DNA of 64,000 bases from a bacterium (GCA_035388125.1 DAOOPF010000004.1:540-64539); one strand, 5' to 3'; shown: positions 36,432 through 45,480, counted from the stretch's first letter. Made by a program: numbers and translations. The notes: a model not told the origin generated them from the sequence alone.

Positions 36432-38447
36432 TTACTCTACAAAGATCGCATCGAATTTGCAGTTGGCGCGGCACTGATCACAGCGGATGCACTTTTCGTC
36501 GATGATATAATGGGCTTTACCCTTCTCGCCCAGGATGGCGTTCTGGGGACATTTGCGCGCACAGACCGTGCAGCCGGTGCATTTGTCGGTGTCGATATGG
36601 TAGGTGAGCAGCTCGCGGCAGCTGCCGGCCGGGCACTTGCGATCGTAGAGATGAGCTTCGTATTCATCGCGGAAATAGCGCAAGGTACTCATGACCGGGT
36701 TGGCCGCAGTCTGTCCCAGCCCGCAGAGGGAGGTATCCCGGATCACCTCTGAGAGGCGCTCCAGGTAGACCATGCCCTGAAAGCGCAGCAAAGCCTCGTC
36801 CGGAGACTTTTCGCTGCGGTAGCTCTGGGTCAGCCGTTCGAGGATCTCCAGCAGCCGCTTGGTGCCTTCACGGCAGGGGATGCACTTGCCGCAGGATTCG
36901 GACTGGATGAAGGTCATAAAATATTTGGCGACGTCAACCATACAGGTGGTTTCGTCCATGACCACCAGGCCGCCGGAGCCCATCATGGCGCCGACCTTTT
37001 TGAGGTTTTCATAATCTATCTGGGTATCGATGACCTGTTCCGGCAGAGCGCCGCCGGAGGGGCCGCCGATCTGAACGGCCTTGAATTTTTTACCATCCGG
37101 GCAGCCGGCGCCGATATCATAGACCACTTCACGGAGGGTCACGCCCATCGGCACTTCCACCAGCCCGGTGTTGGTGATCTTGCCGGAGAGGGCGAAGATC
37201 TTGGTCCCCTTGGAGCCCTCGGTGCCGATGGCGGCATACTTGTCGGCGCCATCGCGCATGATGTTGGGTACATTGGCGAAGGTTTCGACGTTGTTGATGA
37301 CCGTCGGTTTGCCGAAAAGGCCCGAGACCGCCGGGAAAGGCGGACGGGGCCGCGGCATACCGCGCTTGCCTTCGATGGAGTGCAGGAGAGCGGTTTCTTC
37401 GCCGCAGACAAATGCACCGGCGCCTTTTTTGATCTTGAGGTTCAGATTAAAGCCGCTGCCGAGGATGTTCTGTCCGAGCAGGCCATAGGCTTTCGCGTCG
37501 GCGATGGTCTTTTCCAGCCGCTTGATGGCGAGGGGATACTCTGCACGGCAGTAGATGTAGCCTTCGCTGGCTCCGATGGCATAGGCGCCGATGATCATGC
37601 CTTCGATGACACGGTGAGGATCGCTCTCCATCACGGCACGGTCCATGAAAGCGCCCGGATCGCCCTCGTCGGCGTTGCAGACGATATATTTCTGTTCAGC
37701 GGGCTGATTGAGGGCGAATTCCCATTTTTTCCCGGTCGGAAAACCGCCGCCGCCACGGCCGCGCAGACCCGATTTGAGGATCTCCTTGACCACCTCGGCG
37801 GGGGTCATTTTATTGATAGCTCGGGAAAGGCCCCTGTAGCCACCGCGGGCAAGATACTGGTCGATGCTCTCGGGATCAATGACACCGCAGTTCTCGAGCA
37901 CCAGCTTTTTCTGTTTGGCGAAAAAGGGCACTTGACTAAGGAAGGGCAGCTCTTTCCAGCCGGTCTTGTCGTTGGCCGATTCATAGATGCCGAGCAGTTT
38001 CTCCTCAACCACCTCGTTCTCAACCAGGGTTTTTTGCAGGAGCAGGGGGACATCTTCCGGTTTGACCTTGCAGTAACAGAGTCGGGCACGGCCCGGGATT
38101 TTAATGTCGACGATCACCTCTTTGGAGCAGTAGCCGACGCATCCGGTAGGCACGACCTTGATCTCGAGGTTCAGCCTCTCCAGTTCACTCAGGATCGCCG
38201 CATGCACCCGGTTGGCGCCGTTGGCGAGGCCGCAGGTCCCCATGCCGATGAGGATGACCGGTTCCTTGTGGTTCTGCAGCAGGATTTCGGATTTAAAGGC
38301 GTCAAGCTGTTTCTTGCTTTCTGCGGACTGGTGGCACTTTTGTCCTTCGTTGATGCAATCTATGTAATGGACGCAAGGCTTTTCAGTGGTGTGCCAGCAG
38401 TTGGCAAATATCTGCGCATATGAATTCATACCAGCCTCATTCTTCAT
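36432..38447 (-). CDS. hydB: NuoF-like flavoprotein subunit, HydABC set 2, full architecture (N-terminal 2Fe-2S thioredoxin-like domain, C-terminal 2x[4Fe-4S])
   Basis: 671 aa. GMGTCGLANGA / TGCVGYCSKE, GRGGGGFPTGKKW, ESCGKCIPCREG, CTGCTVCARKCP, CIRCDQCRANC. Start could be ATG 38429 instead. Confidence 0.85.
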   Translation of the reverse strand: MKNEAGMNSYAQIFANCWHTTEKPCVHYIDCINEGQKCHQSAESKKQLDAFKSEILLQNHKEPVILIGMGTCGLANGANRVHAAILSELERLNLEIKVVPTGCVGYCSKEVIVDIKIPGRARLCYCKVKPEDVPLLLQKTLVENEVVEEKLLGIYESANDKTGWKELPFLSQVPFFAKQKKLVLENCGVIDPESIDQYLARGGYRGLSRAINKMTPAEVVKEILKSGLRGRGGGGFPTGKKWEFALNQPAEQKYIVCNADEGDPGAFMDRAVMESDPHRVIEGMIIGAYAIGASEGYIYCRAEYPLAIKRLEKTIADAKAYGLLGQNILGSGFNLNLKIKKGAGAFVCGEETALLHSIEGKRGMPRPRPPFPAVSGLFGKPTVINNVETFANVPNIMRDGADKYAAIGTEGSKGTKIFALSGKITNTGLVEVPMGVTLREVVYDIGAGCPDGKKFKAVQIGGPSGGALPEQVIDTQIDYENLKKVGAMMGSGGLVVMDETTCMVDVAKYFMTFIQSESCGKCIPCREGTKRLLEILERLTQSYRSEKSPDEALLRFQGMVYLERLSEVIRDTSLCGLGQTAANPVMSTLRYFRDEYEAHLYDRKCPAGSCRELLTYHIDTDKCTGCTVCARKCPQNAILGEKGKAHYIIDEKCIRCDQCRANCKFDAIFVE

Positions 38448-38901
38448 TAGTAGTCTTTTTCATTGAAGCAATCAACTTTTGCACAGCCTTGACCGTCAGT
38501 CCGCCGTGAAATTCGTCATCGATGGTGATCACCGGGGCAATGCTGCAGGCGCCGATGCAGGCAACAGTTTCGATTGAAAACTGGAGGTCTTTGCTGGTCT
38601 GACCGGCCTTGATACCCAGTTCATTTTCGAGTGTGGTCAGAATATCAAATGATCCCTTGACATGGCAGGCCGTGCCGCGGCAGACGCGAATGACGTGCTT
38701 GCCCAGCGGCCGCAGACGGAACTGGTTGTAAAAGGTCGCCACCCCATAAACACGGCTGACTGGCAGCCTGGTGTGTTCGGCGACGTGCTCCAGATCGTCC
38801 TCGGAGAGATAGCCGCTTACCTCCTGAATATCCTGGAGGATCGGAATGAGGATCGAGGGATCATTTTGGGGATACTTTGCGTAGACCTCTTGAATTTCCA
38901 T
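38437..38901 (-). CDS. hydC: NuoE-like 2Fe-2S subunit, HydABC set 2
   Basis: Start moved to ATG 38901 (GAGGA upstream; MEIQEVYAKYP...). IRVCRGTACHV and VACIGACSIAP. Confidence 0.85.
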   Translation of the reverse strand: MEIQEVYAKYPQNDPSILIPILQDIQEVSGYLSEDDLEHVAEHTRLPVSRVYGVATFYNQFRLRPLGKHVIRVCRGTACHVKGSFDILTTLENELGIKAGQTSKDLQFSIETVACIGACSIAPVITIDDEFHGGLTVKAVQKLIASMKKTTNEE

Positions 38902-38932
38902 GCTGTCCTCTTGCGATATGACTTTTGTTGAT

Positions 38933-39307
38933 TTAGTGTTTGAGAGTATCGATGCCCAGCGCCGCAGTGACGGCCAGTTGCAGATCTTGCATGCCGAGTG
39001 AATCCACATGGTAATAAAAAACTTGTTCCCGGCGGACCTTGCCCTCGAGGCTGCGCGTATTCTCCTCTGTCCGCACGATAATGCGCATCGAGGGATCACA
39101 TCCCTTGAGGAGCCGGATGGCCTGGTCGATTTTCAGACCATGGGTCCGGGCGTCAAGGACGATGAGGTCGAAATGCTGGCGCTGCACCTGTTCGAGGGCC
39201 TTGACGGCGTCCTCGACCATAAATGTGGCGATTGCATTGGTGCGGAGAAAGTGGTCCAGCTCCTGCGTAATGCTCTTGTGTGGATTTGCGACGATGAGAC
39301 AATTCAT
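38933..39307 (-). CDS. Degenerate receiver (pseudo-receiver) domain protein, first gene of the hydrogenase array
   Basis: 124 aa with a CheY-like layout. The acidic pair is replaced (LIVANPH) and no conserved Lys-Pro is seen, though an Asp is retained in LIVLDARTHG. Confidence 0.6.
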   Translation of the reverse strand: MNCLIVANPHKSITQELDHFLRTNAIATFMVEDAVKALEQVQRQHFDLIVLDARTHGLKIDQAIRLLKGCDPSMRIIVRTEENTRSLEGKVRREQVFYYHVDSLGMQDLQLAVTAALGIDTLKH

Positions 39308-39346
39308 GACATCAAGCCGAATGATAGTTCCTTTGCGCTCAACAGG

Positions 39347-39361
39347 TCAAATAGCATGCCA
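39347..39361 (-). promoter_or_regulatory. Sigma-54-like promoter candidate upstream of the hydrogenase array
   Basis: Minus strand TGGCATG-ctat-TTGAC, versus the consensus TGGCACG-N4-TTGCW. The -24 GG is intact but -12 reads GA instead of GC. Located 40-54 nt upstream of ATG 39307. Confidence 0.4.
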
Positions 39362-39450
39362 CAAACCGGGATTCGGAGCGATAGAATATTACATTGATTA
39401 TTATTGAATTACAGTACCGAAGTAAATTCAGCTGTACGAAATAGCACAAG

Positions 39451-39470
39451 TTCTATCATAATTGATAGAA
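39451..39470. promoter_or_regulatory. Perfect palindrome, candidate enhancer-binding-protein site (UAS)
   Basis: TTCTATCA-taat-TGATAGAA, about 90-110 nt upstream of the sigma-54-like element, with an AT-rich tract in between. Confidence 0.4.
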
Positions 39471-39648
39471 TCATATGTGGCGAAACTCCACACTAAGCAC
39501 AGTTAAAAAAGCCGGCCGAGGCGTTACAGGCCCTGGACGATAGGCTGCGAGTGGGGCTTGTGAAAGAAATTCCGTCAGGGTAGTCGGCTGCGGAGCCTTT
39601 TCCTCCAGAGAAGCACCAGGCATTAGGAGAGACGGTATGAGTGTGAGA

Positions 39649-41013
39649 TCAGGGCAGGGAGAGTCCGTAGCGGCGGATCTTGTCATAGAGGGTCTTGCGG
39701 TCGATGCCGAGGCATCGGGCGGCCCGGCTGATATTGTACTCCTCTTCCTGAAGGATTTTATGGATATGTTCTTTTTCAACCTCCGCCAGGGAGAGGGGAG
39801 CGCCGGAGTTTTTTTCGCCTGCCCGCTCGTTGAAGAACTGGATATGCGGGGGAAGACTCTGCAGGGTGAGTTCGGAGCTCTCCTCGATGACGGCGGCCCG
39901 TTCGATCATGTTTTCCAGCTCCCTGATATTGCCGGGCCAGGAGTAGCGTTGAAACAGTTCGCGGACGGGTTCAGCGACCTTGCCGATGGGATTGTGGCGG
40001 CGCCGTTTGTTATGCTTTTGGATGAAGTGATCCATCAAAAGCTCGATATCTTCAAGCCTTTCGCGTAGAGGAGGTAGCACAATTGGAATGACGCTGATGC
40101 GGTAGTAGAGATCTTCGCGAAACTGTCCCCCGCTCACTGCGTCTTTGAGGTCGAGGTTGGTCGCAGCGATAACGCGGACATCCACAGGAATGGTCTGAGA
40201 GGAGCCGACTCTGCGGATCTCCCGTTCCTGGATGGCGCGCAAGATCTTGGCCTGGACGTTGAGAGAGATATTGCCGATCTCATCAAAAAAAAAGGTGCCG
40301 CCCTGGGCGAGCTCAAAAGCGCCATGTTTGGTGGCGGTGGCGCCGGTGAAGGAGCCTCTAACATGCCCGAAGAGTTCACTTTCAAAAAGTGATTCGACCA
40401 GTGATCCGCAATCCATCGCGAAAAAGGGTTTGTGCTTGCGTGGACTGAAGGCATGGACGGCTTTGGCGACAAGTTCCTTGCCGGTGCCGCTCTCCCCCTG
40501 GACAAGAACGGTGCTGTCGGTGGGAGCGACTTTACGGATGAGGGCGTAAAGTTCCTGCATGCGGCTGCCCGCGCCGATGATCTGCATCGGCCGGTCGTTA
40601 AATGTAAAGGCGAATCCTGCGGAGTCGGCAACTTTGGGAGCCTGGCGATGCTGCAGGAGCTTGCGGACGATCTCGAGGATCTGTTCCGCTTCAAAAGGCT
40701 TGGCGACATAGTCACGCGCACCGTTCTTCATCGCCTCCACCGCCATTTCAATGCTCGCATAGCCGGTCATCATCACCACATCGGTTGACGGGCTGATCTC
40801 CTGCATCCTGCGGATAAAATCGATCCCGCTCATCCCCGGCATGCGGAAGTCGACAAAGGCGATCTCAAAGACCTCAGCGGCAGCCAGTCGCAGGCCCGAT
40901 TCGGCCTCTCCAGCAGTCTTGACGTCATAACCGGACATATCCAGCAGCCGCCGGCAGCCCTCGCGTAAAAGCTCTTCGTCGTCAACGATGAGGATTTTCA
41001 CGGCGTTTTCCAT
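39649..41013 (-). CDS. Sigma-54-dependent response regulator (NtrC family: receiver + AAA+ + Fis-type HTH)
   Basis: 454 aa. ILIVDDE, FVDFRMPGMSG, GESGTGKE, GSFTGA, C-terminal HTH (NISRAARCLGIDRKTLYDKI). Confidence 0.9.
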   Translation of the reverse strand: MENAVKILIVDDEELLREGCRRLLDMSGYDVKTAGEAESGLRLAAAEVFEIAFVDFRMPGMSGIDFIRRMQEISPSTDVVMMTGYASIEMAVEAMKNGARDYVAKPFEAEQILEIVRKLLQHRQAPKVADSAGFAFTFNDRPMQIIGAGSRMQELYALIRKVAPTDSTVLVQGESGTGKELVAKAVHAFSPRKHKPFFAMDCGSLVESLFESELFGHVRGSFTGATATKHGAFELAQGGTFFFDEIGNISLNVQAKILRAIQEREIRRVGSSQTIPVDVRVIAATNLDLKDAVSGGQFREDLYYRISVIPIVLPPLRERLEDIELLMDHFIQKHNKRRRHNPIGKVAEPVRELFQRYSWPGNIRELENMIERAAVIEESSELTLQSLPPHIQFFNERAGEKNSGAPLSLAEVEKEHIHKILQEEEYNISRAARCLGIDRKTLYDKIRRYGLSLP

Positions 41014-41022
41014 GTGGTCAGC

Positions 41023-42072
41023 CTACTCGCTCTTTGCAGCAGCGGGAAAGGTGATCAGGATGGTTTCACCCTCTTCGCGGCGGGGAGTGAAGGCGAGTGT
41101 AGCGTCCAGAAGCCGGAGTAAAAGTACAGCGAGCCGGAGCCGGGCTGCATCGGGATCACTCCCCTCCTGCCGGGCGAGCAGGAGAGCGCGATCGCGCTCG
41201 GACAAGGGTTTGCGGAGGCCGATGCTCAGTCGAGTCCGCGCGGGTGTTCCCGGCACAACCTCAAGGGAGAGCAGGGGATCGGTATGGCCATTCCGGATAA
41301 GGTGATCGAAGAGCAGCTGCAGAGCGAGAATGGCCGGCACGCTGGGCAAGCCGGCCGGCCTCTCCCCTGCTGCGGAGGCAGCGAGGCTCGGCCGTGACCG
41401 GCCATCCGGCTGCATATCGGCCAGCAGCAGGGCGGTCTCCACCAGGGTGCGGAGATCGCGTGAAGAGGCCTGCTGCGCGGTGAGGCCGATGGCCAGTGCC
41501 CGGTCAACCAACTCCCGGAGAAGCGCAAGCTCCTGTTCGCTCTCCTGTCCGGTGCCTGCTCCGGCCCAGGACGGCCCGGAGAGAGCGGCTGTGGCCGTGC
41601 CCAGGGCGAGAAACGGTGTGCAGGCGTCGAAAAAGCGGTTGAGCATCCCCTGCTGGCTGATCAGGTCGCGCTGCGCAGCGTGGAGTTTCCGGGCCTCAAG
41701 GAGATGGTGGATTGACTTGCTGAGTTTTTCCGGCGGAAAGGGCTTGATGATATAGTCATGGGCGCCCTCACTCATGCAGCGGACCGCATCCTCGATGCTG
41801 GCGAAAGCGGTCATCATGATTACATCCATTTCCGGGCGGCAGATGCGGGTCCGGCTGAGCAGGGTGATGCCGTCCATACCGGGCATACGAATATCGAAAA
41901 TACCGACGTCCAGCTCTTCGAATTTGCACAGCTGCAGCGCCCTGTCGCCGTTTTCGGCCGTGAAGACGCGGAATCCCTCCATTTCAAGCCATTGGCGAAG
42001 GGAATCGCGAATGATGGCCTCATCATCGACGATAAGAAGGGTGCCTGGTGCCCGCTGAGACATCTCATTCAC
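41023..42072 (-). CDS. Response regulator with canonical receiver and an uncharacterised Ala/Leu/Arg-rich C-terminal domain
   Basis: 349 aa. LLIVDDE, IFDIRMPGMDG, YIIKPF. The roughly 200-aa C-terminus has no motif I recognise. Confidence 0.6.
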   Translation of the reverse strand: MNEMSQRAPGTLLIVDDEAIIRDSLRQWLEMEGFRVFTAENGDRALQLCKFEELDVGIFDIRMPGMDGITLLSRTRICRPEMDVIMMTAFASIEDAVRCMSEGAHDYIIKPFPPEKLSKSIHHLLEARKLHAAQRDLISQQGMLNRFFDACTPFLALGTATAALSGPSWAGAGTGQESEQELALLRELVDRALAIGLTAQQASSRDLRTLVETALLLADMQPDGRSRPSLAASAAGERPAGLPSVPAILALQLLFDHLIRNGHTDPLLSLEVVPGTPARTRLSIGLRKPLSERDRALLLARQEGSDPDAARLRLAVLLLRLLDATLAFTPRREEGETILITFPAAAKSE

Positions 42073-42108
42073 TCCCGGAAAATGATGTTGCTGCCAAGAG
42101 GTGCATGG

Positions 42109-43719
42109 TTACGGTTTCATCGCGCGGCTGGTGATCGCCCATCCTTTTTCGCCGTTCATGCGGGCGTACCATTTCTTGTTCTGTTTGTAGAGCTTTTTAA
42201 ACTCCCTGAAGAGGTGGTCGTAGAGCTGGCGGTTCTGCGGATCCGGTGTATAGCGTTGGCGGATGACAATATGATCGCTGATGGCTTCAAAGTTCTTGAT
42301 ATAGCCGAGTGACAGGCTCGCCAGCATCGCCGCGCCGCGTGCGTTGGCCTGCTGGGGATTGTCGGCCTGGCAGATGGTGCGGTTGGTGATGTCGGCGATG
42401 ATCTGGCACCAGATGTCACTTTTGGCCCCGCCGCCGATGATGTGAAGCTTTTCGACGGGGTGATAGAGTTTCTCAAGGACTTCCAGTCCCCAGCGCAGAT
42501 TGAAGGCGATGCCCTCGAGGACAGCGCGGATGAGGTGTTCGCGTCCGTGTTCGAGGCGGAGGTTGAAAAGACCTGCGCGGACGTTATGATCGTCGATCGG
42601 GCAGCGTTCCCCGAACATCCACGGCGTGAAGATCAGGCCGGCGGAGCCGGGAGGGGCCTGGGCGGCGAGATGGTCGAGGAGTTGATAGACATCCTCGAAG
42701 AGGGTTTCTTCCGAAAGGCGCTGTTTGTGATAGAGGATGCGGTTGGCCAGCCATTCGAGGCAGATGCCGATGGTCTCCTGGTGGGCAAGTGCCAGGTAAT
42801 ATTTTTCCGGATAGGTACTGCCGATGCAGCCGGCGTAGTGGGCGAGATCGATTTTGCGTCGGGTGAAATGGCCGGCAATGCCGCCGCTGGTGCCGAGGCG
42901 GATGCTGAGTTCACCTTCGTGAAGAGCGCCGGAACCGACCGCGGCGGCGGGGATATCGCCTGAGCCGTTGATCACCGGGATGCCCGGCTTCAGTCCCATC
43001 AGACGGGCGGGCTCATCCTGGAGAGTGCCGACGACTGCGGCGCTGGGCAGCGCTGGCGGCAGCTTGTTCGGGTCGATGCCAGCCAGGCGGCAGAGCTTTT
43101 CGTCCCAGCGGTTGCGGTTTTTACGGGTATCGAGAAGCCACCAGACTGCGGCCAGATCGACCGACTTGCACCAGTTGCCGGTGAGATGGTAAATGACGAA
43201 ATCCTTGACATCGAGAAATTTGGCCGTTTTGGCGAAAAGCTCGGGCTTTTTTTCTTTCAGCCAGATGATCTTGGCGATAGGATCCTTGCCGGTGTGGCCC
43301 GGCGCGCCCCCGGTGACGCGGAGGAAGCGGAGCAGACGGAGAGGCTGGTAGCCGATAATGCGCGGCCAGGTCCAGAGCTTGTCATAGAGGATCTCCTGGC
43401 CTCTGGTATCGAGCCACGAAATCGCAGGCATGACAGGGACGCCCTTTTCATCGACCGCGACCACGGTCTGCATCTGGCAGCTGAAAGTGATGCCGGCGAT
43501 CTGGTCGGGGGAAATACCCGCCATTTGCATCGCCTTATGGGTGGAAGTGTAGACGGCGTGGAGCCAATCGTAGGGGTCCTGTTCCGCGTAGTTGGCTTGC
43601 GGATAATGAACCGTATAGTCGTGTCTGGCTTCGGCGATCAAGCGCCCGTAAAGGTTGAAGAGAACGGCTTTGTTGGAACTCGTTCCAAGATCGTGAGTGA
43701 GGATGTACTTTTCAGTCAT
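42109..43719 (-). CDS. FGGY-family carbohydrate kinase (xylulokinase/glycerol-kinase-like)
   Basis: 536 aa. HDLGTSSNKAVLF N-terminus, GSGDIPAAAVGSG, IIGGGAKS. Confidence 0.8.
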   Translation of the reverse strand: MTEKYILTHDLGTSSNKAVLFNLYGRLIAEARHDYTVHYPQANYAEQDPYDWLHAVYTSTHKAMQMAGISPDQIAGITFSCQMQTVVAVDEKGVPVMPAISWLDTRGQEILYDKLWTWPRIIGYQPLRLLRFLRVTGGAPGHTGKDPIAKIIWLKEKKPELFAKTAKFLDVKDFVIYHLTGNWCKSVDLAAVWWLLDTRKNRNRWDEKLCRLAGIDPNKLPPALPSAAVVGTLQDEPARLMGLKPGIPVINGSGDIPAAAVGSGALHEGELSIRLGTSGGIAGHFTRRKIDLAHYAGCIGSTYPEKYYLALAHQETIGICLEWLANRILYHKQRLSEETLFEDVYQLLDHLAAQAPPGSAGLIFTPWMFGERCPIDDHNVRAGLFNLRLEHGREHLIRAVLEGIAFNLRWGLEVLEKLYHPVEKLHIIGGGAKSDIWCQIIADITNRTICQADNPQQANARGAAMLASLSLGYIKNFEAISDHIVIRQRYTPDPQNRQLYDHLFREFKKLYKQNKKWYARMNGEKGWAITSRAMKP

Positions 43720-43770
43720 TCATCGTCCCGGCTGCCTTTAACATGGATAGAGTGAGGAACATCAGCGGTT

Positions 43771-45480
43771 CTACTCCCCTGTCAGACCGGTGATGCGGTA
43801 ATTGAATTCGTAGGCGAGACTTCGACTCCAGGTTTCGTCGAAGAGGGTTTTATAGCGGGTGCCGTCTTCCGGCCCCACGGGTTTGCCGTACGAGAAAAAC
43901 CAGTTGATGATCGGGCTGCCGGTGAAGCCGAGGGCCATCCAGTAGCGGCCGGGGGGCAGCAGCAGTTCGTCCGCGCTGCAGTCAAAATCGACCCAGTCAT
44001 ATCCGGGCGAATATTTGATCTCCTCGAGGGCGAGATACTTGCTGGTGGCGATATACTCACCGGGTTTGCCCGAGCCGTCATCGCGGAGAATTTCGAGCCA
44101 GAGCTGTCCCGAACCGCCGAATTTGTGCAGGGCGAGGCCTATTTGTGTGAGCTTGAGGGGTTTTTCGAGGATGAAGGTCTGGGCGTACTGATTGCCCTGG
44201 GTGGTGACATATTCGGCGGTTTCGACCATAAAATTCTTGCGCATCTCCATTTCACCGCTCTCTGCCAGGCGTGCGGGGCCGCGCGCGGAGAGGAAATCGG
44301 TATTCTGGGGGAATTCCGTGTTGCCCTGGCTGAAGGGCTGGCTGTAGGCGATACGGCGCATGATCTTTTGTTCGGTGAGCTTGGGCTTGGGTGCCGGCGG
44401 CAGTGCTGACCTTACCGCCACCGGGGTGAAGCCGGCCTCGACGGGCGGAAAGAAGAGCAGTTTTTGCGGACCATGATTCTGTTTTTCCGCACGCAGGTTG
44501 ACACGATCCGAAGCGAGAACGTACTGGATAGTCTCTTCGAACTGGGGGCTGCCCTCGGCGCCCTGGGACTGGGACCAGCGGATAAGACCGTCGTTGCAAG
44601 TCTCCTCGTTATCGAGGCCGATCTCGACGCGGATGAAGCGGTTGCTGACGTAGAGGGCGGTCTGCTGGGGATCGAAGGGGACCCAGCCCAGGTCGGAGAA
44701 CCAGACCTCGATCCAGGAGTGGCGTCCCTGGGCCATGCGCAGGGTGAGGGTGCCATTGGTCAATTCGACGTCGTAGGGTTCCTTGAGGGTGACGCCGTTG
44801 ACAATGCGGCAGGGGATGCCGACGGCGCGCATCAGGGCGGCGCTCAGATGGGAATAGTTCTGGCAGTTGCCCTTGCCGGTGCGCAGTGAGTAGAGGGCGT
44901 CATAGCTGGGCGGGGCCAGGACGTAGCGCAGATTGTCGACGACATAGGTGAGGATGCGTTTGACGGCGTCATATTCGGTCTTGCTGCCGGCGGTCAGCCG
45001 GGAGGCCAGACTGGCGATCTCTTCATTGGCGGCCGGCGCCTGCTCGGTTGATTTCAGGTAGACCTCCTCACCGCGGCCGATCTGGCTGAGGGGAAAGGGG
45101 GCATTGGTGCGCAGTGGTTTCAGCTCCGTGCTGTTGCCCGCTTTGAAGCGCAAGGTCGACTGAACCATGGACTGGGGCTTGTTCCAGATGGCGCGCACGA
45201 TCCGGTTGCCGCGTTCGTCCACTTTTTCATCCTGGCTGGAGGGCGGAACCGAGAAATCGAGGCGGAAGGCACTGATGGACTGCCGGTAGGTGGGCGAAGA
45301 GAAACTTTCCGGCAGAACGTAGCTTAAAACCAGCTTCTGGGTGCCCGGGGCGGGTGCGACTCGCTGTACCATTTCGTAGGTGATCTCGGAATACTGTCCG
45401 CCATTGATCAAATAATCCTCCGCCAGACCGGTGGCGATCCAGCCGAAAAGCAGGCCGATTGCAGCGACGTATCTTCTCAT
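43771..45480 (-). CDS. Secreted transglutaminase-like domain protein
   Basis: 569 aa. Signal peptide. Transglutaminase core GKGNCQNYSHLSAALMRAVGIPCRIVNG...HSWIEVW. Confidence 0.75.
   Translation of the reverse strand: MRRYVAAIGLLFGWIATGLAEDYLINGGQYSEITYEMVQRVAPAPGTQKLVLSYVLPESFSSPTYRQSISAFRLDFSVPPSSQDEKVDERGNRIVRAIWNKPQSMVQSTLRFKAGNSTELKPLRTNAPFPLSQIGRGEEVYLKSTEQAPAANEEIASLASRLTAGSKTEYDAVKRILTYVVDNLRYVLAPPSYDALYSLRTGKGNCQNYSHLSAALMRAVGIPCRIVNGVTLKEPYDVELTNGTLTLRMAQGRHSWIEVWFSDLGWVPFDPQQTALYVSNRFIRVEIGLDNEETCNDGLIRWSQSQGAEGSPQFEETIQYVLASDRVNLRAEKQNHGPQKLLFFPPVEAGFTPVAVRSALPPAPKPKLTEQKIMRRIAYSQPFSQGNTEFPQNTDFLSARGPARLAESGEMEMRKNFMVETAEYVTTQGNQYAQTFILEKPLKLTQIGLALHKFGGSGQLWLEILRDDGSGKPGEYIATSKYLALEEIKYSPGYDWVDFDCSADELLLPPGRYWMALGFTGSPIINWFFSYGKPVGPEDGTRYKTLFDETWSRSLAYEFNYRITGLTGE

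Noticed and set aside
39481-39540. Possible terminator after the NtrC-family gene (GGCC...GGCC followed by TTTTTT on the minus strand)
   Set aside because: The stem is only about 4 bp with a long loop, too weak to call.
39471-39779. 102-aa minus-strand ORF in the intergenic region and the 3' end of the NtrC gene
   Set aside because: It overlaps the activator gene out of frame, has no start context and shows biased composition. The region is better explained as regulatory DNA (palindrome, AT-rich tract, sigma-54-like element).
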